A DNA stretch of 64,000 bases from Myxococcota bacterium (GCA_039028615.1 JBCCHT010000025.1:32001-96000); one strand, 5' to 3'; positions 1 to 12,108 are shown, numbered from the stretch's first letter. Notes: generated from the letters alone by a model not told the origin. Program-made: numbers and translations.

Positions 1-900
1 GACGGCGATCTACGCTTCGTCATCGACGCGATGATCGCCCGGCTGCAGGTCGGAGTCGTATTACGTTCCGTCACCCCGAAAGAAATCGAGGCTCTCTCGA
101 CACAGATAGAGCGAAAGGTCGCTGCCCTCGAAGGCGACCCGGACAACGCGGCCGTGGCCACGGGACTCGCTCCGTGGTTGAAGCTCGCCCATGCCTACAG
201 CTCGTCCCGTTCGGGGCGGGACGACGAGGCCGCAGCCCTGTTCGCCGCAGCACGAACCGCGTTCGACCGCCTGCCCCCCAGCCCCCTGCGCAACGCGATG
301 ACGGCCCACTGCATTTTGAATGAAGCCTACGCGCGCGCGAGTCATGAACTCAGAGTGGAACTCGACCCTGCGCCGCTGTTCGACGCCGTCGAGAGCTTTG
401 GTGAAGTGTACGGATGGCGACATCGACACACCCTTCGTCACATGACGAAAGCTGCCCGCGTCGTAGGTGAGGGAGGCAAGGCTAAAGAAGCGTACGAGTG
501 GCTCGCACCGCAGCTGAAGACCTTCGAGTCCGCCGACGAGTTCGATCGGATGTGGTTGCGTGCCGACATCCTCACCCTCGATCTCCGGCGCCACCTCCAG
601 CGAGAGATGAAGCGGACGACCGAAAAGACCGACGAATGGCGCCGCGAAGTGTCACAGATCCTCGAATGGCTGGACGACACCCCAGTCGGGCCCGGACGAC
701 ACGAAGACGCGTTTCACATTCGGGGCACGCTCGCCAGCATCCAACTGTTCCTCGGTGACACGAACGCCGCACGCCACAACGTGATGCAGATGGACGGGCT
801 CGCCGCGACTCCAAGGGAGGACGCCATCGTCGACTCCCTCATGAAAAGTCTGCCGACCGAGGCGGACGATAAAAAAATCGAGAAGAACCAGCCTCTGTGA
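1..900 (+). CDS. C-terminal part of a probable Ser/Thr kinase with helical/TPR-like tail (5' truncated by window edge)
   Basis: Frame 1 is open from base 1 (DGDLRFVIDAMIARL), resembling the RxxSMxxLLxxL end of the kinase domain in paralogues in this window; followed by Ala/Leu-rich helices. Confidence 0.55.
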   Translation, partial: DGDLRFVIDAMIARLQVGVVLRSVTPKEIEALSTQIERKVAALEGDPDNAAVATGLAPWLKLAHAYSSSRSGRDDEAAALFAAARTAFDRLPPSPLRNAMTAHCILNEAYARASHELRVELDPAPLFDAVESFGEVYGWRHRHTLRHMTKAARVVGEGGKAKEAYEWLAPQLKTFESADEFDRMWLRADILTLDLRRHLQREMKRTTEKTDEWRREVSQILEWLDDTPVGPGRHEDAFHIRGTLASIQLFLGDTNAARHNVMQMDGLAATPREDAIVDSLMKSLPTEADDKKIEKNQPL

Positions 901-935
901 AAATTCTGACCAGCCCTTCCGCACTTTGTGGTTGA
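898..935 (+). promoter_or_regulatory. putative ECF promoter TGAAAA-N17-GCACT-N5-GTTGA
   Basis: Same elements and spacing as 2738-2775. Confidence 0.6.
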
Positions 936-993
936 CAGGACGGTTACCCCGAAAGCCGGCCCATCTTCACCCCCACCGCAAAGGTTCACCCCA

Positions 994-1518
994 ATGCCCT
1001 CGTCCACCTCACTCGACTTCCTGATCAAGCTTCTCCCCGGCGACGACAATCCCCTCCCCAACGGCGGCACACTCGAAATGACGCCGACGTGGGCTGGCGA
1101 CCAACGTGCACCGATCAGCATTCCGCCCAACACCGAGCTGATCCAAGCCCCTCGCTACACGCTCCCGGCGGCGGGCCAGAGCGTCAACTACAAGCTGCGG
1201 TCCAGCGGGCTGCGTGTCTTCGAGTTCCAACCCGTAGTCTCTTGCGACGACGGAGTGAACGTCCTCGTCAGTTTCGAGACCCGTGGCGTGCCTCCCAATA
1301 GCCCCGCCGAAGTCCTCTCCGCCGTCAGTAACTTCGACTGGAAGGTCGTATACGCCGCCATCTTGGAAGACGACAAGATCGTGGTCACGCTGGTGCTCCA
1401 CCAAGTCTTGAAAAGCACATCGGATGTTCATCCACATAACCCCTTCGTCCGCGTGCCCTTCGTCGGAACGACCCAACCGGAGGATCAGATCATCGTCATT
1501 CCGACCCCACCGGAGTGA
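994..1518 (+). CDS. hypothetical protein, beta-rich, no signal peptide
   Basis: ATG at 994 after AAGG; 174 aa; plausible codon usage. Confidence 0.75.
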   Translation: MPSSTSLDFLIKLLPGDDNPLPNGGTLEMTPTWAGDQRAPISIPPNTELIQAPRYTLPAAGQSVNYKLRSSGLRVFEFQPVVSCDDGVNVLVSFETRGVPPNSPAEVLSAVSNFDWKVVYAAILEDDKIVVTLVLHQVLKSTSDVHPHNPFVRVPFVGTTQPEDQIIVIPTPPE

Positions 1519-1632
1519 TCGACTCGCCGCCGAGCCCCACGCTCGGCGGCGGAGAGCGGTAACGTTGAGGGGGACGACGCGAGATGGGGGCTCGGCGCAA
1601 GCGCCACGAATGGGCCACACGAGGCAGCGCCG

Positions 1633-2487
1633 ATGGACAACGACGACGACGACGACTGGGAAGACAACAAGGCTCTGTACGCCCGCTATGCCGAGCGTCT
1701 CAACCGGCTCCTTCGCAACAAGGCCGCACCCAATGCCGTACGTGATCTGATGCACGACACGTTCATCCGCGTCTTCGAGGCGCGGGAGCGCGGGCCCATC
1801 CGAGACAAGCGCGGCAACCCCTATCGCAGCCCCTGGGCGTATATCTGCGGCGTCGCGCAGAACGTGCTCCGCGAGCACTGGCGGGCCAACTCCCGCTCCG
1901 ACAAGGTCGGCGACTACTCCGACCTGTCGGTGGCGGACATGACCCGAGGCATGTCCAGCCGCATGTCGCTCGAGGAACGCCGCGTGCTGATCCACGAGCT
2001 GCTGCGAGAGCTCCCCTTCTCACACCAGATGACGGTGGAGTGCCTGTACCTCAACGCGATGACCTACAAGGAGATCTCCGAGATGCTCGGCGTTCCCATC
2101 GGCACCGTCGCCACCTGGTGCCGACGCGGCCGCAAAGAACTCCGGCAGCGACTCGAGACCCACTTCGCCGGGCAGCCGATCCCCAAGGAGCTCATCGAAG
2201 ACACCGAGGCCCAGCGCCGCGCCCGGCTCAAGGAGTACGACTGGTACGACCCCGCGACGAGTGCGATCGACCTGGTCAAGCTGGCGCTGTCGGTCGTCAA
2301 CAACGACGCCAAGCCCTCGTGTAAATGCGGCGCCATCGGGGTCCCGCGGTGGTTGTCCTCGCTCGACCTCCCTACGACCTGGCCCGAGGCCACCACCTTC
2401 GACCTCTACCAGATTGCCCGCGCCACCTGGTACGCGTGGCGTGAAGCACAGTACCCCGCTCTCGAGTGCGTCTGCGACGACGACTGA
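1633..2487 (+). CDS. ECF RNA polymerase sigma factor with C-terminal extension
   Basis: sigma2 (DLMHDTFIRVF, WAYICGVAQN) and sigma4 HTH (MTYKEISEMLGVPIGTVATWCRRGRKEL); ~90 aa tail with CKC and CVC. Confidence 0.9.
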   Translation: MDNDDDDDWEDNKALYARYAERLNRLLRNKAAPNAVRDLMHDTFIRVFEARERGPIRDKRGNPYRSPWAYICGVAQNVLREHWRANSRSDKVGDYSDLSVADMTRGMSSRMSLEERRVLIHELLRELPFSHQMTVECLYLNAMTYKEISEMLGVPIGTVATWCRRGRKELRQRLETHFAGQPIPKELIEDTEAQRRARLKEYDWYDPATSAIDLVKLALSVVNNDAKPSCKCGAIGVPRWLSSLDLPTTWPEATTFDLYQIARATWYAWREAQYPALECVCDDD

Positions 2488-2515
2488 AGACCGCCGCAAT
2501 CCCCCACCGAGCCAC

Positions 2516-2559
2516 CGAGCCCGCCTTCCTCCCCACCGAGGTCGGCGGGCTCGTTCGTT
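2516..2559 (+). terminator. putative intrinsic terminator
   Basis: CGAGCCCGCC / GGCGGGCTCG stem followed by TTCGTT, just after the ECF stop. Confidence 0.5.
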
Positions 2560-2737
2560 GGTTCGATCCCCCTCGACGTAAGAACGCCGCAGCTTGGTGA
2601 CAAAGGGACTCTCGAGCACAGGGCACGACGACATCGAGCCCGACGCCGAAGGGGAATTTCACCTCACCTGCACTTTCACCCGTGGGTTCGACACATTGAC
2701 GCACGCTACCAACAAACGCACAAAATTCGGCTGTCTC

Positions 2738-2775
2738 TGAAAAAACGAGCCCTACTTCGCGCACTCGATCAGTGA
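2738..2775 (+). promoter_or_regulatory. putative ECF promoter TGAAAA-N17-GCACT-N5-AGTGA
   Basis: Same elements and spacing as 898-935. Confidence 0.6.
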
Positions 2776-2819
2776 GCCTCGCAGCTCAGCCCCCCACGAA
2801 GAACTCGAACAGAGGCAAC

Positions 2820-3356
2820 ATGTCATCCACCAACCTCGAACTCGTATGCAAAGCCACTCTCGGCTCCCTCATCACCATTCATCGTCCTTCGGCAGATTCG
2901 GACAACACCTCTCTGTCGTGGATCACTCTGGACGAGGAGCTCAATGTCGTCCTGAGAACCGACGATGACTATAACTTGCGACTGCGCATTGCCGCCGAAG
3001 ACGGCGCGGGAGACCCTATCAGCAATCCCGCGTGGGTCGTGAAGGCCTATACCTCGACCAACGGAACGGCATGGACTCCTCTGGTCGACCGTGACTCGCA
3101 CTCGGCCCACTTCCTCACCGACCATCATCTGGTCGACATGGACACCCGGATTTATCGATTCACGGTGACCATCCCCGGCAGCGGGCTCGAGGAGAGCTTC
3201 GATATCACGGTGCATCGCCACGACCCCAACGCGGCCCCGGACGACGACGATGTGATCTTCGTCCCCGAGGACGACTTCGGACCCACCGTCGGCAACGGCA
3301 ACGGGAACACCGCCCCCGAGCCGCTCACGGCGGGAGACCTCGCCGACCCCGTCTGA
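2820..3356 (+). CDS. hypothetical protein, acidic, beta-rich, no signal peptide
   Basis: ATG at 2820 after AGAGG; 178 aa; followed by a terminator. Confidence 0.8.
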   Translation: MSSTNLELVCKATLGSLITIHRPSADSDNTSLSWITLDEELNVVLRTDDDYNLRLRIAAEDGAGDPISNPAWVVKAYTSTNGTAWTPLVDRDSHSAHFLTDHHLVDMDTRIYRFTVTIPGSGLEESFDITVHRHDPNAAPDDDDVIFVPEDDFGPTVGNGNGNTAPEPLTAGDLADPV

Positions 3357-3371
3357 CGGCACGGCAGTCGG

Positions 3372-3412
3372 GGCAGCGCCTCGTCTCTTCGGAGGCGGGG
3401 CGCTGCCTTTTT
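3372..3412 (+). terminator. rho-independent terminator
   Basis: 16-bp stem GGCAGCGCCTCGTCTC / GAGGCGGGGCGCTGCC (two G-U pairs), TTCG loop, T5 tail. Confidence 0.85.
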
Positions 3413-3535
3413 CGTGCGTTCCTTCGCTGTTTGTCGATGAGTGTCTCGTTCAAGCCAGGGGATACCTTTACCCTCTGCGACTCGGCCACGGCCCGCTCCC
3501 CCTCCACGGGGTTTTTGTCTATCCTCGCCCTGCCC

Positions 3536-4156
3536 ATGAACGAGCGGGATTTCTTCGAGGACAACGTGGGTCGAGTTCTCCGGTACTTCGCCAACAAGGT
3601 GCGAATCCCCGCGGACACCAACGATCTCGTCCAGGAGACCTTCTTGCGACTCTTCGCCCGGGTCAAGAGGGGCGACATCGACATCGAGAACCCGGCCACG
3701 TTCTTGTTGGGAATTGCACACTTTGTGCTCATGGAATATTGGAAGACCAAGGGTCGAAACCTCGAAGATCCATGGTCGGGCAATGAGTCGGTCATCCAGA
3801 TGGGTGGTGCCGAGACTTCTTTGTCATCCGTGATCATGAGAAAGCAAGTCCGCGGTCGGGTCCTCGACGCGATGAGGCACCTCAGCCTCAACTATCAAAA
3901 CGTGCTCGAGCTCCGGTACTGGCACCAGCTCACCTACGGCGAGATCGGCACGATCCTCGATCAGAACGTCAGCACGGTCGGGGTATGGCTTCGACGGGCC
4001 AAAAAGGATCTGGGCAAGCTCCTCGAAGAACTCCCCATCAGCGATGATGCCGCCCCCTTCGAGCCTCACCTGCTCGAGGACTGGCTCAACGAGTCCGGGG
4101 AACTCGACACCAAATCGGGCAAACCGAGCGAATCAGGCGAATCCGACGACGAATAG
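3536..4156 (+). CDS. ECF RNA polymerase sigma factor
   Basis: sigma2 (RYFANKV...DLVQETFLRLF...TFLLGIA) and sigma4 (LELRYWHQLTYGEIGTIL...STVGVWLRRAK). Confidence 0.92.
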   Translation: MNERDFFEDNVGRVLRYFANKVRIPADTNDLVQETFLRLFARVKRGDIDIENPATFLLGIAHFVLMEYWKTKGRNLEDPWSGNESVIQMGGAETSLSSVIMRKQVRGRVLDAMRHLSLNYQNVLELRYWHQLTYGEIGTILDQNVSTVGVWLRRAKKDLGKLLEELPISDDAAPFEPHLLEDWLNESGELDTKSGKPSESGESDDE

Positions 4157-4391
4157 CGAGGGCGGCCACCGGGCCGTTCTCTCGCCGAGCGGCGACGCGC
4201 AATAATGCGCCTTCAACTTTCTTCGACGAACTATTTTCCCGCCGTGAAATAATTCGAAGGCACCCGTCACCTACATGGAGTAGCCCTACTAGCGAAATCC
4301 GAATACGTCGCTCCCGATCTTCATCCTGATATTGCGGTATTTTTCATCCGTATCCAGACGCCAACACCCAACGCTCGAAACTCCGAGTTTG

Positions 4392-7031
<2,640 letters not shown>

Positions 7032-7178
7032 GCCCGGGCACGCCCTCGCGCTCCCGACCTCGCGGCCTCGCACCGTCCGACAACTAAATTCGACGTCCCC
7101 GAAATTCGGTGGTCCCTCGCCTCACTGACAGTTGAGGCCCCGGTAGACGGGCGCGGGGCCAAAGCTCGATGGAGCTCG

Positions 7179-8117
7179 TTGAATCTCGCCCCGCACGAAA
7201 GGCAAGAGGACGTGCCGACGACGAATCCCAGTCCCGAGGACCTGGACCCGCAGACCCTCGAGCGCGCACTCGAGGGTGACCCGCCCTCGGTGCAGGCCAC
7301 CTTGATCGCAATCGAAGAAGCGATCACCGACGCATGGAAGCACCCGTCGACGAACTCGGACTCGGCCCCGCCTGCGCCCGGACTCATCGACTCGGCCATG
7401 GCGTTCTCCCTCGCGAACGCGGAGAGCCTGTTCCGTCGCTGGAGCCCTCCCGAGGACGGTCGCTTTCATGACTACTGGGCATCGTTGGTCCGAGTCCACC
7501 TCGAGACGAGCACGCCTGCGCAAGACTCGTCGTTCGACTCCTGGACCTCGCGCCATGTCGAGTGGGCTCTCGACGGAGGTGGCTACCTCGGTCGGGTGCT
7601 CGGAGACTTGATCGTGCGGACGACGAGGAAGGTCGCGACCGGGATCTGTGGTCGCCGGCTCGGCCCTCACTTGTCCTTGTCGCGGGAAGACATCCACCAC
7701 GACACGATTCGCAAGATCTACGAGTTCCCCGGCGCCTCCGTCCGCGGGCTCAGCCGCGACCGCCGAGGGCACGCGCTCCGCCTGTGGGACCCGAGCCGCA
7801 ACCGCCTCCCAGCGTATATCGGCATCGTCGCTCGGCATCACATCTGGGCGATGCTGCGGCGCGACCGAATGCGCCCGGGGCAACCGATCTGTGAGACGAA
7901 GTGGCCCGAGCTCGCGACATCGAGCGGCTTCTATGGCCGGGCGATGAAGTGCCTCCATATCGAGCAGACGATGACCACCATGAGCGCTCGCGATCGGGCC
8001 ATCGTGCGAGAGAAGATCCTCGGCACGCCCTCCTGTCAGATCGCGAAGAAGCTCGAGATGAGCCGAGCGAACGTCGACGTCCGCTGGTACCGGTTCCGCA
8101 AGAACCTCGACCATTGA
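7179..8117 (+). CDS. atypical ECF-like sigma factor (apparent sigma2-sigma2-sigma4)
   Basis: C-terminal HTH (QIAKKLEMSRANVDVRWYRFRKNL); REDIHHDTIRKI...LRLWDPSRNRLPAYI sigma2; N-terminal region resembles a second sigma2. Confidence 0.75.
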   Translation: MNLAPHERQEDVPTTNPSPEDLDPQTLERALEGDPPSVQATLIAIEEAITDAWKHPSTNSDSAPPAPGLIDSAMAFSLANAESLFRRWSPPEDGRFHDYWASLVRVHLETSTPAQDSSFDSWTSRHVEWALDGGGYLGRVLGDLIVRTTRKVATGICGRRLGPHLSLSREDIHHDTIRKIYEFPGASVRGLSRDRRGHALRLWDPSRNRLPAYIGIVARHHIWAMLRRDRMRPGQPICETKWPELATSSGFYGRAMKCLHIEQTMTTMSARDRAIVREKILGTPSCQIAKKLEMSRANVDVRWYRFRKNLDH

Positions 8118-8135
8118 GCGCGGCGGGTCCTCGAT

Positions 8136-8624
8136 TCACTCCGGGCTCGGCGAGTCGTCGTGCAGCTCCGCGTGCAAGGCTTCGTGCATCGCCTCCGGCA
8201 GACAATGCCAGTCCGTCAGCGCCGCCCGCACCTCCTCGGCGAGCAACCGGGCCGCGTCGGGGGTCTTCGCCTCGGGGATCTGCAGCAGGGTCGACCAGAT
8301 CTTCCCCGTCGTCGGCTCGGCGAGCGGCGGCAGCACGGACTTGGCCTCGTCGAGCTCCGCGAGGGCCCGCTTCGCCTGGTCATGTTCGAAGTAGTACGCC
8401 GCCGCATGCATGCGGCGCACGAGCTCATCCGAGGGACACGCGCCCATCGGCGGCTCTTCGATGTCCTCCGCCACGTCCTCACGGGCAACCTTCCGCGGCC
8501 GCGCGTCGTGGTCGGCCGAGCCCGGGCACGACAGGCCGAGGCAACCGTTCGGCGCGGCCACGAGGGCGACGACCAAGGGCAGGGCTCGCGACACGCAGGG
8601 AGTCTCGCAGAGCGGTGGCGACAC
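8136..8624 (-). CDS. hypothetical exported/lipoprotein
   Basis: Hydrophobic N-terminus with Cys, helical body; directly downstream of the RtcR-like gene. Confidence 0.6.
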   Translation of the reverse strand: MSPPLCETPCVSRALPLVVALVAAPNGCLGLSCPGSADHDARPRKVAREDVAEDIEEPPMGACPSDELVRRMHAAAYYFEHDQAKRALAELDEAKSVLPPLAEPTTGKIWSTLLQIPEAKTPDAARLLAEEVRAALTDWHCLPEAMHEALHAELHDDSPSPE

Positions 8625-8638
8625 CGCCAGGCCAGGCT

Positions 8639-10105
8639 TCAGCGCAGGCCGAAGCGCGCGAGCTTGCGCTTGAGGGTGTTGCGATCGATCGCCAAGGCCC
8701 GCGCAGCCCCCGAGAGGGTTCCTTCTCGCTCCAGCGCCTCGGAGACCATACGCCGCTCGAGCTCGGCGGTGGCCTCGGCGAGGGTGAGCTGCGGGGCTTT
8801 GCTCGACGGGTCTTCAGCTCGACTCACCGGGGGCGCGGCGAGGCCCTGGAGCTCGGGGGACAGGTCGGCCACTTCGACGCGCTCGTCACAAAAGACGGTC
8901 CAGCGGACGACTTCGGCCCGCAGCTGTCGCACGTTGCCGGGCCACACGTAGCGATGCAGGCAGCGCCACGCGGCGGCGTTGGGCCAGGGCCGCGGACCGT
9001 CGACCTGATCGAGGAAGTGAGCGACGAGCGACTCGAGATCACCAGGCCGGTCCCGGAGCGGAGGAATGCGAACGGTGGCGCCCGAGAGCCGATAGTAGAG
9101 GTCTTCGCGGAACTCCCCCTCCGCCACGCGCTGACGAAGGTCACGATTGGTGGCGGCGATGACCCGCACGTCGACACGCAGGGGTGACTCCGCCCCCACG
9201 CGCCGGAGCACGCCTTCCTGCAGCACCCGCAGCAACATGACCTGGACCTGGGAGGTCATCTCGCCGACCTCGTCCAGGAACAGGGTGCCGCCGTCGGCTT
9301 GCTCGAAGAGACCCCGTCGCCGCGAGTGGGCCCCGGTGAACGCCCCCTTCTCGTGCCCGAACAACTCGCTGGCGAGCACGCTGGGAGTAAAGGCGCCGCA
9401 GTTTTCCGCGACGAAGGGTCGATGGGCGCGGAGGCTGCCTTCGTGCACGGCCCGGGCGGCGAGTTCCTTGCCCGTGCCGGTCTCGCCTTCAATGAGCACG
9501 GGGACGTCACTGCGGGCGATCCGGGCGATGCGACGGGCGAGCTCGTTCATGGGCGGGCTGTCGCCGACCATGGGCGAGCGCTTGGCCGCGCGTAGCCGTC
9601 CGACCTCTTCGCGGAGAGCACGTATCTCGGGGAAGCCGTCGATGTCGAGCTCGACGACGCGCACGGGATGCGGGTGGACCGAGGGCACGAAGGCGGGCGG
9701 GATCACCTGCAGCATGCGTGCGGGCAACAACCCGGCCTCGACCATGATGACCCACAGCGTCTGCATCTGCGGGGTGCCAGCCGACAGACAGACGTCGAGC
9801 GGCAACGACGGCAGGCCATCGGTGACGCCATCGAGCGCGGCGAAGATCTTCCCGTGATCGGTGGGGTCGACGATCGGCAGGATGCGAAGGTCGGCGCGCT
9901 GTCCCGTGGCTTGGATCTCGGCCAGCAGCTCACGCGCCGCGGGCTCGCCGACGGGCGAGGTCAGCAGACGGATGCACTCGTACTCGACCTCGCTGTGCTG
10001 CAGCAGCCGACGCACGGGGCCGCGGTCCTGATCGCCATGCACGATGGTCGGCCGACCCCGCGCCGTGAGGGTGCGATCGGACCACGTCAGGAGGCATCTC
10101 GGCAT
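8639..10105 (-). CDS. rtcR: RtcR-like sigma54-dependent transcriptional activator (CARF-like N-terminus, AAA+, HTH)
   Basis: GETGTGKE, GAFTGA, LFLDEVG, WPGNVRQL, Fis-type HTH; N-terminal SAGTPQMQTLW; divergent from rtcB. Confidence 0.85.
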   Translation of the reverse strand: MPRCLLTWSDRTLTARGRPTIVHGDQDRGPVRRLLQHSEVEYECIRLLTSPVGEPAARELLAEIQATGQRADLRILPIVDPTDHGKIFAALDGVTDGLPSLPLDVCLSAGTPQMQTLWVIMVEAGLLPARMLQVIPPAFVPSVHPHPVRVVELDIDGFPEIRALREEVGRLRAAKRSPMVGDSPPMNELARRIARIARSDVPVLIEGETGTGKELAARAVHEGSLRAHRPFVAENCGAFTPSVLASELFGHEKGAFTGAHSRRRGLFEQADGGTLFLDEVGEMTSQVQVMLLRVLQEGVLRRVGAESPLRVDVRVIAATNRDLRQRVAEGEFREDLYYRLSGATVRIPPLRDRPGDLESLVAHFLDQVDGPRPWPNAAAWRCLHRYVWPGNVRQLRAEVVRWTVFCDERVEVADLSPELQGLAAPPVSRAEDPSSKAPQLTLAEATAELERRMVSEALEREGTLSGAARALAIDRNTLKRKLARFGLR

Positions 10106-10168
10106 GGTGCACCGCGCACCATCAACGGTGCATCTCGCACCATACCAAGCTGGTGCACCGCTCACCAG
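10104..10168. promoter_or_regulatory. three palindromic boxes, putative activator binding sites
   Basis: ATGGTGCACCGCGCACCAT (10104-10122), ACGGTGCATCTCGCACCAT (10125-10143), CTGGTGCACCGCTCACCAG (10150-10168). Confidence 0.7.
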
Positions 10169-10196
10169 ATGAACCAAAAACCCAATGATTCTCGGT

Positions 10197-10212
10197 TGGC
10201 ACGGGTCCTGCT
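10197..10212 (+). promoter_or_regulatory. sigma54 (-24/-12) promoter
   Basis: TGGCACGGGTCCTGCT = GG-N10-GC, close to consensus TGGCACG-N4-TTGC, next to a sigma54 activator gene. Confidence 0.88.
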
Positions 10213-10227
10213 CAATGGGCTCGCATC

Positions 10228-11454
10228 ATGGGCAATCCAATCGAGAACGCGACGCCGACCGTCGAGGTGATCGACGGACCCGGGGTCCTCATCGAGTCAG
10301 AAGCCGTGGCTCAACTCCAGCGGGTGGCCGGGCTCGCGGGGTGTGTACGGACCGTCGGCATGCCCGACCTGCATCCCGGTCCGGGCATCCCCATCGGCAT
10401 GGCGACCGCTTCGGTCACGCATGTGCACCCCGCGTTGGTCGGCTCGGATGCCGGCTGCGGAGTCACGGCCGCGGTCGCTCGCAAGGTGGTGCCGCCGGCC
10501 AAGCGCCTGCGTCGAATCGAGCGGGCCACCGCCGACCCCGAGCCTGTGCCCGGCGATCCGCGGCAGGTGCTCGAGGCGATGTGGCAGCACGGCCCGCGAG
10601 GCCTCGCTCGAATCCCCGACATCGATCCCGCGCTGAAGCAGTGGGTGGAGAGGGTGCCGTGGAGCGACGCGCACGGTCCCAGCGGTCCGCTCCCCGACGA
10701 GCTGGCCTTGCCGGAGTTCGGCCGAGCGCTGGGCACGGTGGGAGGTGGCAACCACTTCATCGAGCTGGCGAAGGTCGAGCAGGTACTCGAGCAAGACGCG
10801 CTCGAGGGTCTGCGTCGAGGAGGCTTCGTCGTGCTGGCGCACTCGGGCTCGCGCGGGCTGGGCTTCGCGCTGCTCAAGCGCTGGGCGGGGGCGGCGATCC
10901 ACGATCCCGAGGAGGTCTCGCGCTACCTCGGCGAGCTGGCGGGCTGTTGTCGCTTCGCGCAGGCCAACCGCGCCTTGTTGGTGTGGCGCCTGCTCGAGGC
11001 GGTGGGCTCGGCCCGAACCGATCGCATCGGTGGCTGCATCGACCTCGTACACAACGATGTCTCCCGCGCCACGAACGACACCCCGTGGGTCCACCGCAAG
11101 GGGGCCGCGCCCGCCCGCGAGGGCGAGCTGACGATCACCCTGGGCAGCCGCGGCAGCCCCAGCTGGATCCTGCGAGGGCATGGCGACGAGGACCACTTGT
11201 GCTCGGTCGCCCACGGAGCGGGGCGCAAGATCCCTCGCAACGAGGCCAAGCCCCGACTCTCCGCTCGCTATCGACGAGCCGATCTGCGCCGCACCGAAGG
11301 CGGCGGACAGGTCCTGTGCGACCGCAGCGACCTGCTGTGGGAAGAGCACCCCGATGTCTACAAACCCATCGAGCCGGTCGTCGCCGCGCTCGAGAAGGCC
11401 CGCGTGGCGACCCGAGTGGCTTCACTCGTGCCCGTGGTGACCGTGAAGCGATGA
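10228..11454 (+). CDS. rtcB: RNA ligase RtcB family (RtcB2-type)
   Basis: GMPDLHPG, DAGCG, GTVGGGNHF, HSGSRG, HN, HRKGA, AHGAGR, EEHPDVYK. Confidence 0.95.
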   Translation: MGNPIENATPTVEVIDGPGVLIESEAVAQLQRVAGLAGCVRTVGMPDLHPGPGIPIGMATASVTHVHPALVGSDAGCGVTAAVARKVVPPAKRLRRIERATADPEPVPGDPRQVLEAMWQHGPRGLARIPDIDPALKQWVERVPWSDAHGPSGPLPDELALPEFGRALGTVGGGNHFIELAKVEQVLEQDALEGLRRGGFVVLAHSGSRGLGFALLKRWAGAAIHDPEEVSRYLGELAGCCRFAQANRALLVWRLLEAVGSARTDRIGGCIDLVHNDVSRATNDTPWVHRKGAAPAREGELTITLGSRGSPSWILRGHGDEDHLCSVAHGAGRKIPRNEAKPRLSARYRRADLRRTEGGGQVLCDRSDLLWEEHPDVYKPIEPVVAALEKARVATRVASLVPVVTVKR

Positions 11455-12089
11455 AACCCACCTACGACATTCGCATCAGCGCGGGCCGAGGGCCCACCGA
11501 GGCCCGCCGCTTCGTGGCCATGCTGACCGATGCGCTGTGTGAACGACTCGAGCGACACGACGTGACCGTGCTGGGCCGCGAGCACCATGGCGATCGCACC
11601 GCGCCCGGCCGGGTTCGTGTGCAGCTCGATCGCGATCCGGCCCGCTGCATGCCCGAGCTTCTCGGCACGCACCTGCTGCTGGCCGAGCTCCGAGGGCCTC
11701 GCGCCCGACGACGCTGGTTCGCCGCAGTGGAGCCGGGAGACGAGCAGTCGGCTGCCCCGGTCGTGCTCGGCCGCAGCGAGCTCGACATTCGGTTCGTGCG
11801 CTCGCGGGGCCCGGGCGGGCAGAACGTCAACAAGCGGGCCACCGCGGTGCAGATCACTCATCGGCCCACTTCGCTGTCGGTGTTCTGCGACGCCCACCGC
11901 AGCCAAGCCCGCAACCGGGCCCAGGCGCTGGCCAACCTGCGGCGATCGGTCACCGAGCACCTGCACGACAACGCGCGGCAGCAGCAGCGCACCGAGACCT
12001 GGCAGGCCCAGCGCGCTCTGCTCCGGTCGGAGCCGGTCATGCAGTGGCGGCTCGACCCCAAGGACCCCGACTGCGTCGTCCCGCTGTGA
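11451..12089 (+). CDS. prfH: peptide chain release factor H-like protein
   Basis: ISAGRGPTE, SRGPGGQNVNK, RSQARNR; ATGA overlap with rtcB. Confidence 0.9.
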   Translation: MKPTYDIRISAGRGPTEARRFVAMLTDALCERLERHDVTVLGREHHGDRTAPGRVRVQLDRDPARCMPELLGTHLLLAELRGPRARRRWFAAVEPGDEQSAAPVVLGRSELDIRFVRSRGPGGQNVNKRATAVQITHRPTSLSVFCDAHRSQARNRAQALANLRRSVTEHLHDNARQQQRTETWQAQRALLRSEPVMQWRLDPKDPDCVVPL

Positions 12090-12108
12090 GCGGGCAAAGG
12101 ACCCTGTC

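Noticed and set aside
2556..2700. GGTTCGATCCC and GGGTTCGAC, resembling tRNA T-loops
   Set aside because: Flanks do not form a T-stem, acceptor stem or cloverleaf
8150..8200. HEALH (HExxH) motif in the small minus-strand protein
   Set aside because: At the extreme C-terminus with no surrounding protease fold; likely chance
10185..12089. 634-aa ORF suggesting a long PrfH fusion
   Set aside because: The upstream part is an alternative frame over rtcB; the real start is the ATGA overlap at 11451
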